A DNA stretch of 64,000 bases from Phoronis australis. Its lineage: Eukaryota > Animalia > Phoronida. The stretch covers positions 30,330 through 94,329 of the forward strand of contig NMRA01000437.1 in NCBI GenBank assembly GCA_002633005.1, written 5' to 3'. The notes under the pieces were generated by a model, which ran no database searches, had not been told where the DNA came from, and worked only from the letters and a program-made list of their open reading frames with translations. The translations under genes and the position numbers were made by a program. Of this stretch, positions 10,952 to 24,036 are shown piece by piece; position 1 is the first letter of the stretch; every line of letters starts with the position of its first letter.

Positions 10952-13654
10952 TATCTGAAACTTCTATTCTGGTGTCTGCTCAAGGCCTAGTTAATGCTTA
11001 CGTAATACTGCACAAGCGATTTGTGTGGTTGGCTGGCTCACTATAGGGCTATTGTTAGGACGGCTTTGTCATGAGCGACAGCGGGCAACTGGGATAGCGA
11101 AGCGGTGGCTCGCTGAGAGGGCTGACCCTCATGTTAAATGCTCATATTATGCATCGCTGACTTCGACGTTGGCGGTTTTTCTTCCATACAATCAACTTTC
11201 AATGAAACCTCGTTCAAATCATTCTGTTAAATCACTGTGTTTTTCTATGAATATTGCGGCTCATCTTTCATAAAATTGTTGCTTGTCTTGTATGTCCATT
11301 GCACGCTATTCTGATGACCCAGTGACCGCATCTGACAAGTCGTTTGTTCTCGAAAAATATCTGCCTCCAGAGATCAACGTAACACAGTTTTGAACTTAAA
11401 CACAGGAATGTTTTCAACAAGATACAATTTTGCGGCCTGAGTTGAGTTCTTCGTACAGACGGACATAGTTATATTTACAAATAATACAGTGCTTGCTTGT
11501 CTAAACAAGATTTTAAATCTCAACCTCCTCGATTACAAAAAGTAGGTGTACTCTGCATCCACAGCTGTGAAGGCGTTCCTCACAATATCGTTAAAGCTGA
11601 ACTTAGGAGCCCTTGAAAATCCTATTGGAACAGCACAGAGAGTTGTTCAACAAAATGAATGTTTGAAGAACTAATTCAGGTGTATTTGTGTTTGGAATGT
11701 TTACGTTTGAGTCTTTGCCACTCAATGAATTGTGGAGGTTAAGGTTTGCTTTAAGTGCAGCTCTCTTATCGTGATGACTGCTGTGCACCGCTCACCATTG
11801 CTGTTGAGTGAAATAGCTATACACATACATAATGAAAGACAATAATCAAAGGTAAGCAGACAAAGTAGTTTATTAATTAATACACTACATACAGAACCAC
11901 AAATGTACAGTGCTGAGCACAGATGAAAATGTCCTCGTGGAAATACGAGTGACGGCACATTCTACACTTGTGTTTCAAAATTTTCATTTGTAAAAAAGGA
12001 ATTTCACATCCATGAGAGTGCCTTTACCAGTGAGCCCAATATATCTTTACTTTTTCCACTCTTATTTGCAACTTTTTAACTCGCGTCATCTTGTTGACTT
12101 CTTCTCCAGTGTATCTCAGTGTGCCCCAGTTGTTGAAATTGACACATTCTAGGTCTAAAGTCTACCAGAGCTCCCACTACTAGGCAACAAATTTATTCAT
12201 CAAAAGAACCATTCTTTTTTCACAGATTTAAGAGCCAAATCATGGCTCGTTCAGATCTCAAGTCAAAATAGCAGATGCTCTACAGTTTGGCTGTCCAATT
12301 TTTTAGGTCCCGCAATTAGTGCCAAGGCAGCAAAGTTGAATTGCCCAATAATGGAGTTCTGCACAAAGTTGAAGTATTTGACATTTTTATTTGATGCTGA
12401 TGCGTTATGGTCCACTTAAATGTAGGTCAGGAGTTCATTCTTACCCACTACATGCTAGGAGACCGATATGAAAATCAAGTACAAAATGGATACAGAAATT
12501 GGCTAGGGGGTTAAAGCATGCGAAAAAGCGAAATGTCAAATTACTCAAATTCGGGAATTCGGGTGATGATTTATCTGTTCTCAGAACTCGCTGTGTTTGG
12601 GCAGACGGGCATGAGGTGACTCATAACATTCATTCTCAACAGTCGTATGTATGCAGACACTCAACTCTTTCAGAATCTAAGCTACATTTTGGTGAGTCTG
12701 ACGGTATGTGCGGAACTGCGCTGTACCTGGCGTGAGATTCGATTTTAGTGACAGCCCCATAACCTTTGACTTTGAATAAGTTGTAAATAAATTTTCACGC
12801 GGCTATGTGGTTCCCAGGTTGTTCTGCCAAATCGTTTTAGTTTATCGCTACACTGTATATATTTCGTATTTGAAGTTCCTGACAATGAAGATAAGGTATT
12901 TTGCTTGACATATGTGAAGTAATAGTAAAAATGGCCAATTTTTGTGAATAAGATTTGCGATATCGTGGAGAAGATGTAAACGTCAGAAACCAACCGTTTA
13001 AATTATCTTTCAAAATTCAGGGCTTTGTAGGTACACACTTTCGCAGTCTCGAGTAAAGACCTTGTCGCAAAGCTAGCCGATGTGAAAGTTGAATCAGCGC
13101 CCCCATCTCAACAAATTTGTGCGATTTCGGTGGTTGTGTATTCCATGAATGAAAAGCCTTTAAATAATTCCAACTCCATGGGGGTTTCCATTGTCAGGTG
13201 ATTGTCTGCTCCCTTAGCACTCAGAAATGTGCCTCATAGCCTGTTTGCAATTAAATCATCAGTTCCCTGAAGTGCGCCATGTTGCAGAATAAGCACTGGT
13301 AGTGGTCAAGGATAGCAGACAAAGTTATTAGTCAGTAGCTGCTGGCGATAAGCTTACGTATAAACACTACTAACATTTTGGAGGCATAAGCCACTATAAA
13401 ATTCCAACATCACAACATGGAAAATCAAGATGGGTAACAAAGAGACGGGGGGAACATATTGTTTTTGGATCGCTGATTTTGTCATGCTGAAACTCCCGCG
13501 AAAGTTCCAGCTCTAGGCATGAAACAAAGAATATTTGATCTTGTTTAGACCTATTTAACTAACTTGTATAACGAAATTTTTGCTAAAGATGTTAATTATT
13601 TATATTCTTGCTCAATGAAATACATCGAAATAGCAGGAATAACAAATTATTTAT

Positions 13655-13676
13655 CATTCATTCATTCATTCATTCC
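13655..13676 (+). repeat. (ATTC)n microsatellite
   Basis: TCATTCATTCATTCATTCATTC. Confidence 0.85.
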
Positions 13677-14148
13677 ATACAGATGACTACTCACATATTA
13701 AGTAGACTTGTTTGTGATTTATCTAATTATTGCATGTATTCACATTGAAGTACAACTTCTTTAATTTGTAACCGTGAACACGATAAAATGAATAAAATTC
13801 ATCGTTTCTCCAACCATTTCCTCCATGTGTACTGCTGCCTCTTCATTTTGAAAACTAATGTCAGTGTCACCAGGTGAATATCTTGCCAGTAGGCGGTTGA
13901 AACAACCCAATTTGATTTGGATGTAATAATGAGTATGTTGGCTAAATGTTTGAATTTCCCTAAATGAATAATCATAAAGGTTAACAAAGAAGGCTAATTT
14001 AATCAGTCTGTGATCACGTTTCTCGTTCCTGGCGTTGGCCTTGGATCCAGTGTTACACTTAAAGTTATGAGGAGTTTCCTCTTCTCTTGATCATTCGATC
14101 CAGTCTTTCAAGCAGTCTTCACTTGATGAAATGCTTCGGAATAACCAT

Positions 14149-14290
14149 GAAGTTCAGTCCATCGAACAACATGTATGTTAACATTGAATTCAGTCCATCG
14201 AATTCTAGATACAATGTACCCTCTTGGAAATTCAGTCCATCGAATTTCTGCTACATGTATCGGATTGAAATTCAGTCCATCGAATTTCTA
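14149..14290 (+). repeat. Four ~40-bp units with invariant core TTCAGTCCATCGAA
   Basis: Core starts near 14153, 14189, 14231, 14271; lies within a segment bounded by CAGTGTTAC (14048) and GTAACACTG (14981-14989). Confidence 0.8.
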
Positions 14291-14986
14291 TAACTTGTGA
14301 TATTTCTCAGCAAACCAGTAGCATCTCTTCAGGAATATCTGCGATATCTCTCTAGCAAGCTGGTTGCCTCTCTCCAAGAAATATCTAATAGGAGCCTACC
14401 TCTATACCAATCTGGTTGCCTCTCGTTGGAAATATGCATTCTTGAAAAGCTAACGGTATACTTATACTCAAGCAGAATAAAGGTGGTTGAGTTAATAGAT
14501 CAAAACTTAAAACCCACAAACTTCCTCCAAATGTACTCATAGTTCCAAAACAACTTCCCAGAGCAACATCATGAGATTCCACTTATGAATCTAAGCTTTC
14601 GCCAAATATGGTCAGGGACAGACAAATCTTTAAGTAATTTCTGTTGAATAATAAGACTATTGTTGTTGTCAGAACTGGCTAACCCCACAGTTGACCAAAG
14701 CCAGTGAATTTAAAGTTACATAATTCTGCTAGCATAGCATAAACACATGGCTAGAGACAAATATGCTGATTTATTTCCTATGCACTCATAGGAGTCAATA
14801 AATTTCAGTAAACAACTAATATCTTTAATTAATTACACAACAACCACTATATACTTAATTAATACTAATACTTCTCATGTAATATTATTCTCATGTACAT
14901 AGTTAACCCAAGTTCTAATGTATTTGTATCAAACTTTAATGATAAATAAATGACATGTTCATCTTACATAAAATCTCCCCGTAACA

Positions 14987-15150
14987 CTGACATAGGTTAC
15001 AGATACATCACAGAGCGTAAATTTGATGAATCCTAGCTTCCAATTTCACTGGTTTCGGAGACCGGGTTTCAACCGCCTTAGGCTACAACAGGCGCCCACT
15101 TCTAAAACAAATTTTCGAAGCACCCTGGGCGCTTATTAGGGCGAATATGG
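14987..15150 (+). mobile_element. Right end of the TA-flanked TIR element family (copy 2)
   Basis: Family sequence followed by GGGCGCTTATTAGGGCGAATATGG (15127-15150), 19/24 inverted match to the left TIR at 21777. Confidence 0.7.
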
Positions 15151-15723
15151 TTGCGCTATAGATGGTGACATCAACACACCAAGCGATGATTTTTATTGAC
15201 ATTAGCAGCAAGTTTGTGGTGACAGACAAAAAACAACCGGGCAACTGAACTTCAGGCTGGGCAAGTAGATTTTCTGGCTCACTCCCCCAGCTGGCGAGAT
15301 GGGTAAAAGTGTTTCTGAATGGTATCTAGAGAACCAATTGCTGGATTTCAATGAAACTCTATGGCCATGTGTCGGCACCTCTTTCGCTCTCGACAAAGGA
15401 TTTTTCTCATGTTGTGTTTAGAGGAGGAGCGTTTTGTGGATTATATTTAGAGAACTGATCAACAGATTTCAGTCAAGCATGACTCAGTGGTATATGGTGA
15501 CTATGCGCTGATTTGACTACTGCAACATTTCCTGGTTGCCCTTAGAAACATGTCGTATGTGATGCACTGTAGGCACATGTCAATGCCTCTGGTCGGTGTT
15601 CCTCTTGTTGCTGTGAATCCATTTCACTGCATGCCAAAATATTATACAAATGTCAGGATTTAGGTGTCTTCATGATCAGTTGTAACTACAGACGCTGTAA
15701 TGTGTTTGTTCTTGTTTCCCCAG

Positions 15724-16047
15724 TCCTCCCGAGCACACCATCTATATCTGGAGCCCCGACGCAGTCTGTTCTTGGTGGAGCAGGACCAACTGTCCTCTTA
15801 TGTACAGCCAACTTGGGCAAACCACAGGCATCTATGGTGTGGTCACGTCGGATAGGTAGCGGTGCATACACAAACACAACGGAGAATGTTAACACGACTA
15901 TCACCAGGAACAATGATGGAACCACTAGCGGCTCCAGCGCACTGACGGTCAACTTGGATACAGCTGATGATGGTGTGCAGTTCAGATGTCAAGTGTCCAA
16001 CAGACAGGCTACTTTGTCAGCTGAAACTGGGGCCATTGAAGTGACTG
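15724..16047 (+). CDS. Ig-superfamily receptor, exon encoding a C2-set (CD80-like/nephrin-type) Ig domain
   Basis: ttccccag acceptor, G|gtaagt donor, 324 bp phase 1-1. LLCTANLGKPQASMVW ... DDGVQFRCQVSN supplies the Ig C, W and DxxxxxC; several NxT sequons. Confidence 0.9.
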
Positions 16048-16932
16048 GTAAGTTCCTATTTAAATTATGTTAAGCCCCTCATACTAAAGTCTTGCTGATA
16101 GGCATCAACATGGATTAGTAGGAAGTCAGTAACAACAGGTTACCCAGTATATGGAATTCATGTCATTTTGGAGAAATGCTTATACTGTGACCTGAGGTAT
16201 ATTGAGGTGTACTTTCTAATCAGTATTGACGGTACAAGGTTACAAGTTTTCCTTCGTGTGCGTAGTTTTATCTGTTGTTTACTTGCCTTCTTGAGGTTAT
16301 TTGCATAATTTTTACACTGCATTTGGAGGTAATTGTTCTTCACTCTGCATTACCACACAACGAAAGTTATGAGGTTGACAATTTTGAATTCCAAAAATTT
16401 CGCACTGAATCCAGGAATTCCAGGTATAATTTTTCGGATTCCCATTTGATATTTTGCTTGTACAGTATTTGCTTGTTTTCAGTACTGAGCAATGAAGTTT
16501 AATTTCTGTCATCTTCAGTCCCAATTTCCAGGTAAATTTGGAATGCATTGCCATTGTGGCAATCAAAGTGATTCCTAGTCGGGGATCTTGGTCAATTTGC
16601 TGCCATGTGATATTGCCAAGTTCGCTTCTGGTGTTAAAAACAATCACTTTTTATTACGAATGTCCACTGACCATGTTTACATTTAATTAACTGTTCCATC
16701 ATAGAACACAGATACTCACTAGAATGTTTTGTTTGCTACTAAGATAAATCCTATTCTTGTGTTTGATCTGATCGACTGCATGTAAAATGTTTCACTATTC
16801 AGAGATGTTTTCAACACACCATTTAAACACAACACTCATTCTGAAATCTTGAAGGTTTGCTCTATTTCAATACAAGAAATTTTTATTTATTTACTTGGTG
16901 AAATTTATGGTCTTGGTCTTACATCAAGTTTG

Positions 16933-19900
16933 TTTTTACTTGGCGGAATTCTGGGAATTCAGCCAAGTATGTTGGTTTGTCACAGGGACTCATCTAGCGG
17001 CCGTCCTTGGGACAGCCCTTTTAAAAAAATGACGGCTTTGGACGGCACGGCCAAGACGGAAAAAAGATGGCCTGTTCCAAGACAACCTCGGCGAAAATGA
17101 AGGCCAAACGAAGAATTTTATTATTTATTATTAATAAATTTTATTGAAACCTACAATTCATAGTTTAAGTTTGCTAAATATTAAGAAATAACTCGACAAT
17201 AGGAACTTTTGCCGTCTATTTTTACTATAAATGTCACAATGACGATCGGCAAATACTGGCAGCCATCTTTGGAGAATACCTTCCTGTTCTGTGACGTCAT
17301 GGTGACTTCATACGGAATCCCCCGCACGACCAGTGTCGAGAAACACTGCATCCAGCGCTAACTACTTGTGCATGGACACTTAATCTTTGAAATTGAAGAA
17401 AACACACCTGAAGGTCAAAGGATTTGCCGTACCCCTAATGCTGGTTGCCGATGCGGAAGTTGAAGCGGCAGTCGATGTATTCGACGGAGCAACCAATTTG
17501 AAATAGCTGAGAATGTACACTTCGAAAAAAATGATACCCGCCGAAATTCTAGCATTGACCTGCCGTACAAATACCATCAATGTCGTTGAACATGCAAACC
17601 AGATAAAACTTAGCGCAAACTTCCTTAGTTTGTTTGCATAGTTCCGTTGCAACTCGAACGAATGAATGAAAAAATATCAAAAAATCCGCTCAGCCGAACG
17701 ACTTGTATTGATGCGCGTGAATGCAGTACAAACTTTACGAGAAAAAGTGTGGTGTGTAATGTTGGTTACGTATTCAATGACTAACTTAGCATGAAAGTAA
17801 ATTCCTCAAAATAGTTCAACTTTTTGTGGAATTCCATGATTATTGGGTGATTGGAGTTTATCCTCTGTATGTGGCATTGCGTGCCGTATATGGAAAAAGT
17901 AGGTCAGCCAGTCATGTGCACAGCACCTGTTACTTCGGCCGCGAACCAGGGCGGGGGATTTGACTCTTAAACTGTGAGAAAGGAATGATTCTTTTTAAAA
18001 ATAAATTTCTTGTAGCGTACTATGAAAGACTGTGATTGACTTTCGACCTGGTAAGTTTCAATTCAACAAAGCGTCCACTTATAATGCGCTGCAAAAGGCG
18101 TTAACAATTACGATGTCCCACTGGCGACGCTTGTAGCCTAACAATGTGAAATTTACGAGTAAAGCGCTCGAAAAAACGTTTAGAAACGTAATGATATGAA
18201 TGCCAAATTCAAACTCTCAGTTTCGACGTTTTTTTGGTCACAAAGCCAAGTCTGGGTATACACGCACGAGTGCACATACGCCCTCACTCCTATTTTCCAG
18301 CGGAGATTTTTGCCCTTGTTGAGCACTGGTACTGAGTTGTGAATTTGTGGAGGATATGGTCTTGTTTTTGTAGACTCGTGAATTTCAATACTGTCCGATG
18401 TAATGTAACGTAGACAAGTACTCTAGGATATATTTCTTCATGTCCTTTCGAATGCAACTTCATTGTCTTCTGATAATTTTAAATGGTTTCTCAACTGCAT
18501 TAAAGTAGTACACTTCTCTTTTGAGAGCTTCAAGATACATTGAGTCCTGTACTCATGCTGTGGACTATCTGTCTTAGTGATATGCAACTCTACGCAGATT
18601 ATCATACTAAAGAGATTTACAGATCTTGATTTTTGCAGTCTAGTGACAATACACACATCCTGAATGGAACAAACCTCCTAATTTTTGTATAGTTTCCCTG
18701 TGTGCTGTCCTTTGAACAAGAAAAAGACATGCAAATAAGATGCAAGGAAATGACCTTATTTATGTAACAATTTTTTCCTCGGCGGGTGGGGGAATATCGG
18801 CAATGGTGCATGCGCACCTCGATAACTGGCCGAAAACGTTTTCTCCTGTAGAGGGCGCATTGGCGAACCAATCATTTTCAAACTGGTCACGTGTTTGTTG
18901 CTTTTGATCAACTTTTATAAAACTTTGTTAAACCGGAAGTCATTTTCGAGATGGCGGCCTGGCACATTTTCACCCATTTTCGTGTTGTTCATAATCCCCA
19001 CTATCATCATGATAATCGTCATTGTCGACGCCATCTCCATCGTCGTCTTTTCGGTTAACTTCGCCAAGTGTCATTCCTCCGAGCGCTCTCGTTCTGTTGC
19101 CAGTTTACCTTGTGCGTGAACAAGACCGCAGGCTATTTCTTACTGATTTGTTCGCTAGTCTCATGAATGTTATCGTGTTGTTCATAATCTCCGTCGTCAT
19201 CGTCCTCCTCCCCATCATCCTGTTTTCGCGTAATTTCGCCAAGTGTCGCTCCTCCGAGCACTCTCGCACTGTTGCCAGTTTACCGGGTGCGTGAACGAGA
19301 CTGCAGGCTATTTCTTACTGATTTGTTCGTTAGTCACATGAATGTTATCGTGTTGTTCATAATCTCCGCTTTCGTCGTCGTCGTCGTCCTCCCCAGCGTC
19401 CTGTTTTCGCTTAATTTCGCCAAGTGTCGCTCTTCCGAGCGCTCTCATTTTTTTGTTTGTTCGCATGATACAGGTCGCAATTTTTTGTCCGATCATCACG
19501 AAATTTACTCATAACACATAGTTTCGGAAATACTGGAAGCCTATTGTTTTTCATCATGATCAGATCCAAGATGACGGATGTGGCGGCCATTTTATTTTCA
19601 TTTTGTGATTCAAATGCTTCTGGAGGCTACAATTTTTTTAAGGTATAAGGTTGAAACTCGGAACAAGTATTGGACTGGACGTGCGCTACAAGTATACCGG
19701 AAATTGTTTACTTCTGCTTAAAGATGTTGGAAATATTGGCAATCGCACATGCGCACCTCGATTTCGGGAAAACGTTTTCTCCTGTAGAGGGCGCATTATA
19801 GGGCCAATACCTTTGAATTTTTGCAGATATTAGTTTCTAATGACATGCTATTACATAAATCCAAAAAAACGGAAGTTGCTCTCAAGATGGCGGATCCGGC

Positions 19901-20636
19901 GCATGTTGACCTTTTTTCAGTCGTGCCGGGGTGCCATTTTAACGGGAAGAGGAAATGACGTGAAATTTTGCATGTAGATTCTCTGAGGTATACTCTTTCA
20001 AATAACCTGTAACAATTTTTTTCTCAGACTTACCATTTTCGAGTTATTTGACTTTGAATTTCTTAAATGCAAAATTTCATTTTTTTTCGAAAAATTTAAG
20101 GAATTATGTTATACTATCGAGTTAGGTAGATTTTTGAACGGGCTTTTAGAAGATGTGTGTTCCATTTTTCGCCAGGATGTCTGCTTTTCGAGTTATTTGA
20201 GATTTTCTGATAACGGTGTTCCTTAGTTTGTTGAGCGCTCTTGCTGCATTGATGTTGGTTTAGCTTCTATTGCACTAGACTGTAGCCTATTTCTTATTGA
20301 TTTTGACATCTAAGTTCATCATATGAATGTTATGATGTTGTTCATCATCTCCACCACCATCATCATATTTGTCATCTTCGTCATCATCTCGACGTCGTCT
20401 TTTCTTCAGTTAATTTCGCCATGTGTCGCTCAAGACTGTAGCCTATCTCTTAGTGATTTCTGACTTCTACATTTGTCATATGAATGATATCATAACTTGC
20501 ATTGTCTATCATCGCCACCATCGTCGTCAAAGCTATCATCTTCGTCATCATCTCTGTTGTCGTCTTTTCTGGTCATCTCTAATGTGGTTTTTTGGTTAAT
20601 TTCGCCAAGTTTCGCTCCTCCAAGCGCTTTCATTTA
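16933..20636 (+). mobile_element. Second HINE family element (composite, with inserted DNA) carrying reiterated 3' termini
   Basis: 5' palindrome ACTTGGCGGAATTC-TGG-GAATTCAGCCAAGT (16938-16968) after a T run; matching 3' subTIR AATTTCGCCAAGT (20598-20610) followed by hairpin CGCTC-CTCC-(A/G)AGCG and a T-rich end; internal duplication 18808-18862 / 19746-19798. Confidence 0.65.
16983..17140 (+). mobile_element. hAT-like element terminus (same family as 564-730)
   Basis: CAGGGACTCATCTAGCGGCCGTCC... is a near-identical inverse of 564-730. Confidence 0.6.
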
Positions 20637-21776
20637 TTTATTAATGTAATATTTACAATGAGGGTAGCCCCATCAGTTCACACTGCTTTCCATGGGGGCT
20701 GTCATATTTCCTAGACTGAAAATTGCTCTTAGGTCTAGCCAATACTTGGTCGCATTACATTGAATCGTTCGATTTTCAAAGTCACAATTCACGAACTAGC
20801 AGTAGGTATGTCAAACCCTGGCTTGATGTAAGCACATGCATGTTTGTATGAGGCCATTCAATCACACAGTCAGTTTTGGATGGGCAACTCGCCTAATGTA
20901 TACAATGTGTTTTAATTTAAGGTTTAACTGACAGTTTTTTTAAAATACCTGAGCAAGGTTCAAAAATCACAAACTTGAAAACTGAATTGACAAGTTTGTA
21001 GAGAAAATAACTGCTGAAGGAAGAAATGTTTCTTTTGACCTATAGAGAAATATTAGTAAATTAGTGAAGATGTTTTCAATTACGAACAAAAAGGATGGCT
21101 TAAATTTGCATTTCTCTATTTTTCAGATACTTAGTGCTTAGCTGTAAATACTCAAAAGAAAGATAAGTTTTCGGTACAAATTTTTCTCAGTTAAAAATTC
21201 AATAAAATTAATTGGATGATCATTCTTTGGTTATTAGAAATAGTATTAAATATATTCTGGTAGTTGGTACAATAAATTCATTACATCATATATAATAGCC
21301 TTAAACCTACCTTGAATATTAACAGCAAGTCTGAAGTATGTTAACTTTGCAGAAGCACTCTTACCACTTCAAGGCAATAAACTGGCAAATGACATGAATG
21401 CTTGGGTTTTACTGACCCGTTTTCAAAGCACGTGCTTCATCACCTCGAGAACAGTTGAAAAGAATGAGCACACTATGAATCGCAGTGTGTATGTGGTGAC
21501 TGTTTGACTGTTTCTGTGTTGAATTCCAAATATGTGCCTAGCAGTCAGCCGTATTCTAATGGGACACCTCTTTGATTTCCTTAGCCAAGAAAATTACCAT
21601 ATATTACCTTTAATGATGATCGGGGAGGGGTGGGGGGGTTGCTAGGTTGACTGAACCAGTATAAGGAATGATGGGTCCTGTGCAAGATTGTGTGTTGTTT
21701 AGACTTGCTTTGATAGGTTGTTAACTTATGGTGTGTGCCGAAACCAGATTTACTTTCAAAGAAGAAAATGTTAATA

Positions 21777-22714
21777 CAGTAATCGCCCTAATAGGAGCCC
21801 ATACCCCTATAAGCACCCTCCACATGTTTTCAGACTTCGCTAAAATAAACGCCCAGCCCATGAACGTGTACATGTGTACATTCTGCAGTAACGTCTTAAA
21901 TTCATCAATAATAGCTGACAGCCCTGAAAAAATCATTGTGTACGAAATTTGTAGACCACGAGCCTTGCCGCTATGTCGGTACTTAGCCGCACTATACACT
22001 TCAAACTTCCGCTGTGCTCCAAAAAGAACGCAAAGGTTTTGCTGATCTTGCGAGGAACGTGTCCCACTATAGTCACGCTTTTCATAACAGACGCTGCGTT
22101 CTTGTCAGCGGGAATGTATTTTATCTTTCCCATTCAGATGTTCTTCAGCAGAAAACTTCGAACAAAGACAAAAAAGAAACTTGACCAGTGTTATAAGCTG
22201 GTGGCCATTCATTATGCATTTACTCTGGCAAATGAATTCTGATGACTTGCAGATGAACATCAAAACAAATGTCACGTGAGAACAACATGACTTTTGTGTG
22301 TTTGTCCAGATTTTTCATTTTGCGGGATGTGATCTAGTGCAGATTTGGACTTAATCCGCGGTTAATCCCAACTACACAGGAACTTAGAAATCTTAGGGAC
22401 ACTATTTGGAAAACTCCAGGCAGCTTTCAGGTAATTTATTGGGTTGAAAGTGTATTTTTATTCAAGAATTCCAAGTTGCCCTACAGACGATCGCGAGGCA
22501 GCGACGCATCAGTCAGCGAGTTTTTACCCTGGGATTTCTGCACAGTTTTCTAAACAGGAAAGTAATTTAACTACGACATTTGAAAGAAATGCACCACAAT
22601 TTTGTGGAAAGTCTGTCATCTGTTACAGATACATCACAGCATAAGTTTGAGGAATCCTAGCTTTCGATTTCACCCATTTCAGAGGTTGGGTCTTTCAACT
22701 GCCTTAGACTACAA
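21777..22714 (+). mobile_element. TA-flanked TIR element (Tc1/mariner-superfamily-like termini), copy 3, with left TIR
   Basis: TA|CAGTAATCGCCCTAATAGGAGCCC terminus at 21775-21800; the right half is shared with copies at 10440, 14987 and 55539. Confidence 0.7.
21880..22133 (-). pseudogene. Degenerate HIRAN-like domain ORF inside the TIR element
   Basis: Two overlapping frames give PADKNAASVMKSVTIVGHVPRKISKTFAFFLEHSGSLKCIV / AKYRHSGKARGLQISYTMIFSG, which fits the D.NA..V...IVGHVP..IS....FL...G...GL.I pattern I recall for stand-alone HIRAN-like proteins. Confidence 0.55.
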
Positions 22715-23730
22715 AATGTGTCTTGACCTATGCAAAGGTCAGAAAAACAGTTGAATCCATTGTCTGTCAAAATGAGACCTAGCACATAGGCATTTGTCGG
22801 AAATCACAGTGGATGTTTGAATGATGTTGGGGGAGGTGATTAAGTTAAGTAATTGTTAATCACTGCGAGCACTGTTTCGGGACCTGTCCAATGTTTTCAG
22901 AGATAAGTGGTTGATGCAGTACCCGTTTACAATTGATGTCATCAATTAAAAGTCAAAGGGGGGGGGGGAATAATAATGCGAAAATGTCTTCAGTAGTGAC
23001 AACTATAGAGTATGGTTAAGGAAGGGTGAAACAGACGGGTTGAAGGGCAGGGCGCTGGCTGGGCATGATTGTAACAAGACTATAGACCTTTCGGACATGG
23101 ATTAAGTCAAGCAGCAAATCTAATAAGGTTTGCGCTCAATCCAAGAAGTGGAAAAGAAAAGAACTTGAGCAGTTAACAAATGTTATTTAGTCCAAATTTC
23201 ACCAGAACACTTACATGCAACAAGCGTCATAGGATGACTTAGTTGTCCTGTTTCTCCTTGAGCTATGCACGTTTTACATGGTTAATACAGAAGTAAGAGT
23301 ATATAATTGCATGAATTTTCCAGAAAAGTTCATTATTTCCAAACCCAATTTAGTTGTGAAGCATGTGAAATGCTTGGCCACCTAATCAGAAACTTACTTG
23401 GAACAAATGATAAATTATTATTAAACTTAGTTATTTAGCATATTGATGTTTGAATCAAAAGTCACAACATATACATCAAGACTGGAGGTTGTTGTTTCAA
23501 TATAACATAGACAGCATAGAGATTAGAGTACTGTTACTGCAGTGTTAACTGTGGTTCAGAATGTCCAAACAATGCAGTTGTAGAACTGCCAAGTAAATTA
23601 CGTTTCAGGATATGGTCCTGAAGTACATGTAGTAATAAGTAGATGTTGAAGTTCACCTTGCTTTGTATGTATGTGCGTTGTATTCAGGATGCCTGTTTCA
23701 TTTTTTCTTTTATCATTATTCATCAACCAG

Positions 23731-24036
23731 CTCCTGTGCCTGTATCCGATGCTAACATTAAAGTATGCAAGACGTTCACCACTCAGTGTACTTCACCATT
23801 TGACTACTACATCAATGATCGAGTCAGTTTGACTTGTGGTGTCAAGTCGCCTCTACCTAATCCCGCTCCTCACGAGTACAAGTGGTACCAGACTGTCAAC
23901 GAAAGTAGTGTTATCAGCGGGCCGGTCCTTTCTTTCACAATCATTGAATCTGAGATTGTCTACGTGTGTAATGCGTCAAACACTGTACGTGGTGTGACGC
24001 GCACAGGGTCCAAACAAGTCACCATAAGGGCTACAG
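23731..24036 (+). CDS. Ig-superfamily receptor, exon encoding the membrane-proximal Ig domain
   Basis: Polypyrimidine tract and ccag acceptor, G|gttggt donor, 306 bp phase 1-1; DRVSLTC ... YKWY ... YVCNASN. Confidence 0.9.

Noticed and set aside
11037-11048. CTCACTATAGGG, the 3' part of a T7 promoter
   Set aside because: Only 12 of 20 bases match, with no vector context; consistent with chance.
18895-19514. Three hydrophobic, mutually similar ORFs resembling small membrane proteins
   Set aside because: Translations of the ~178-bp tandem units of a HINE with ATC/GTC-rich microsatellite tracts.
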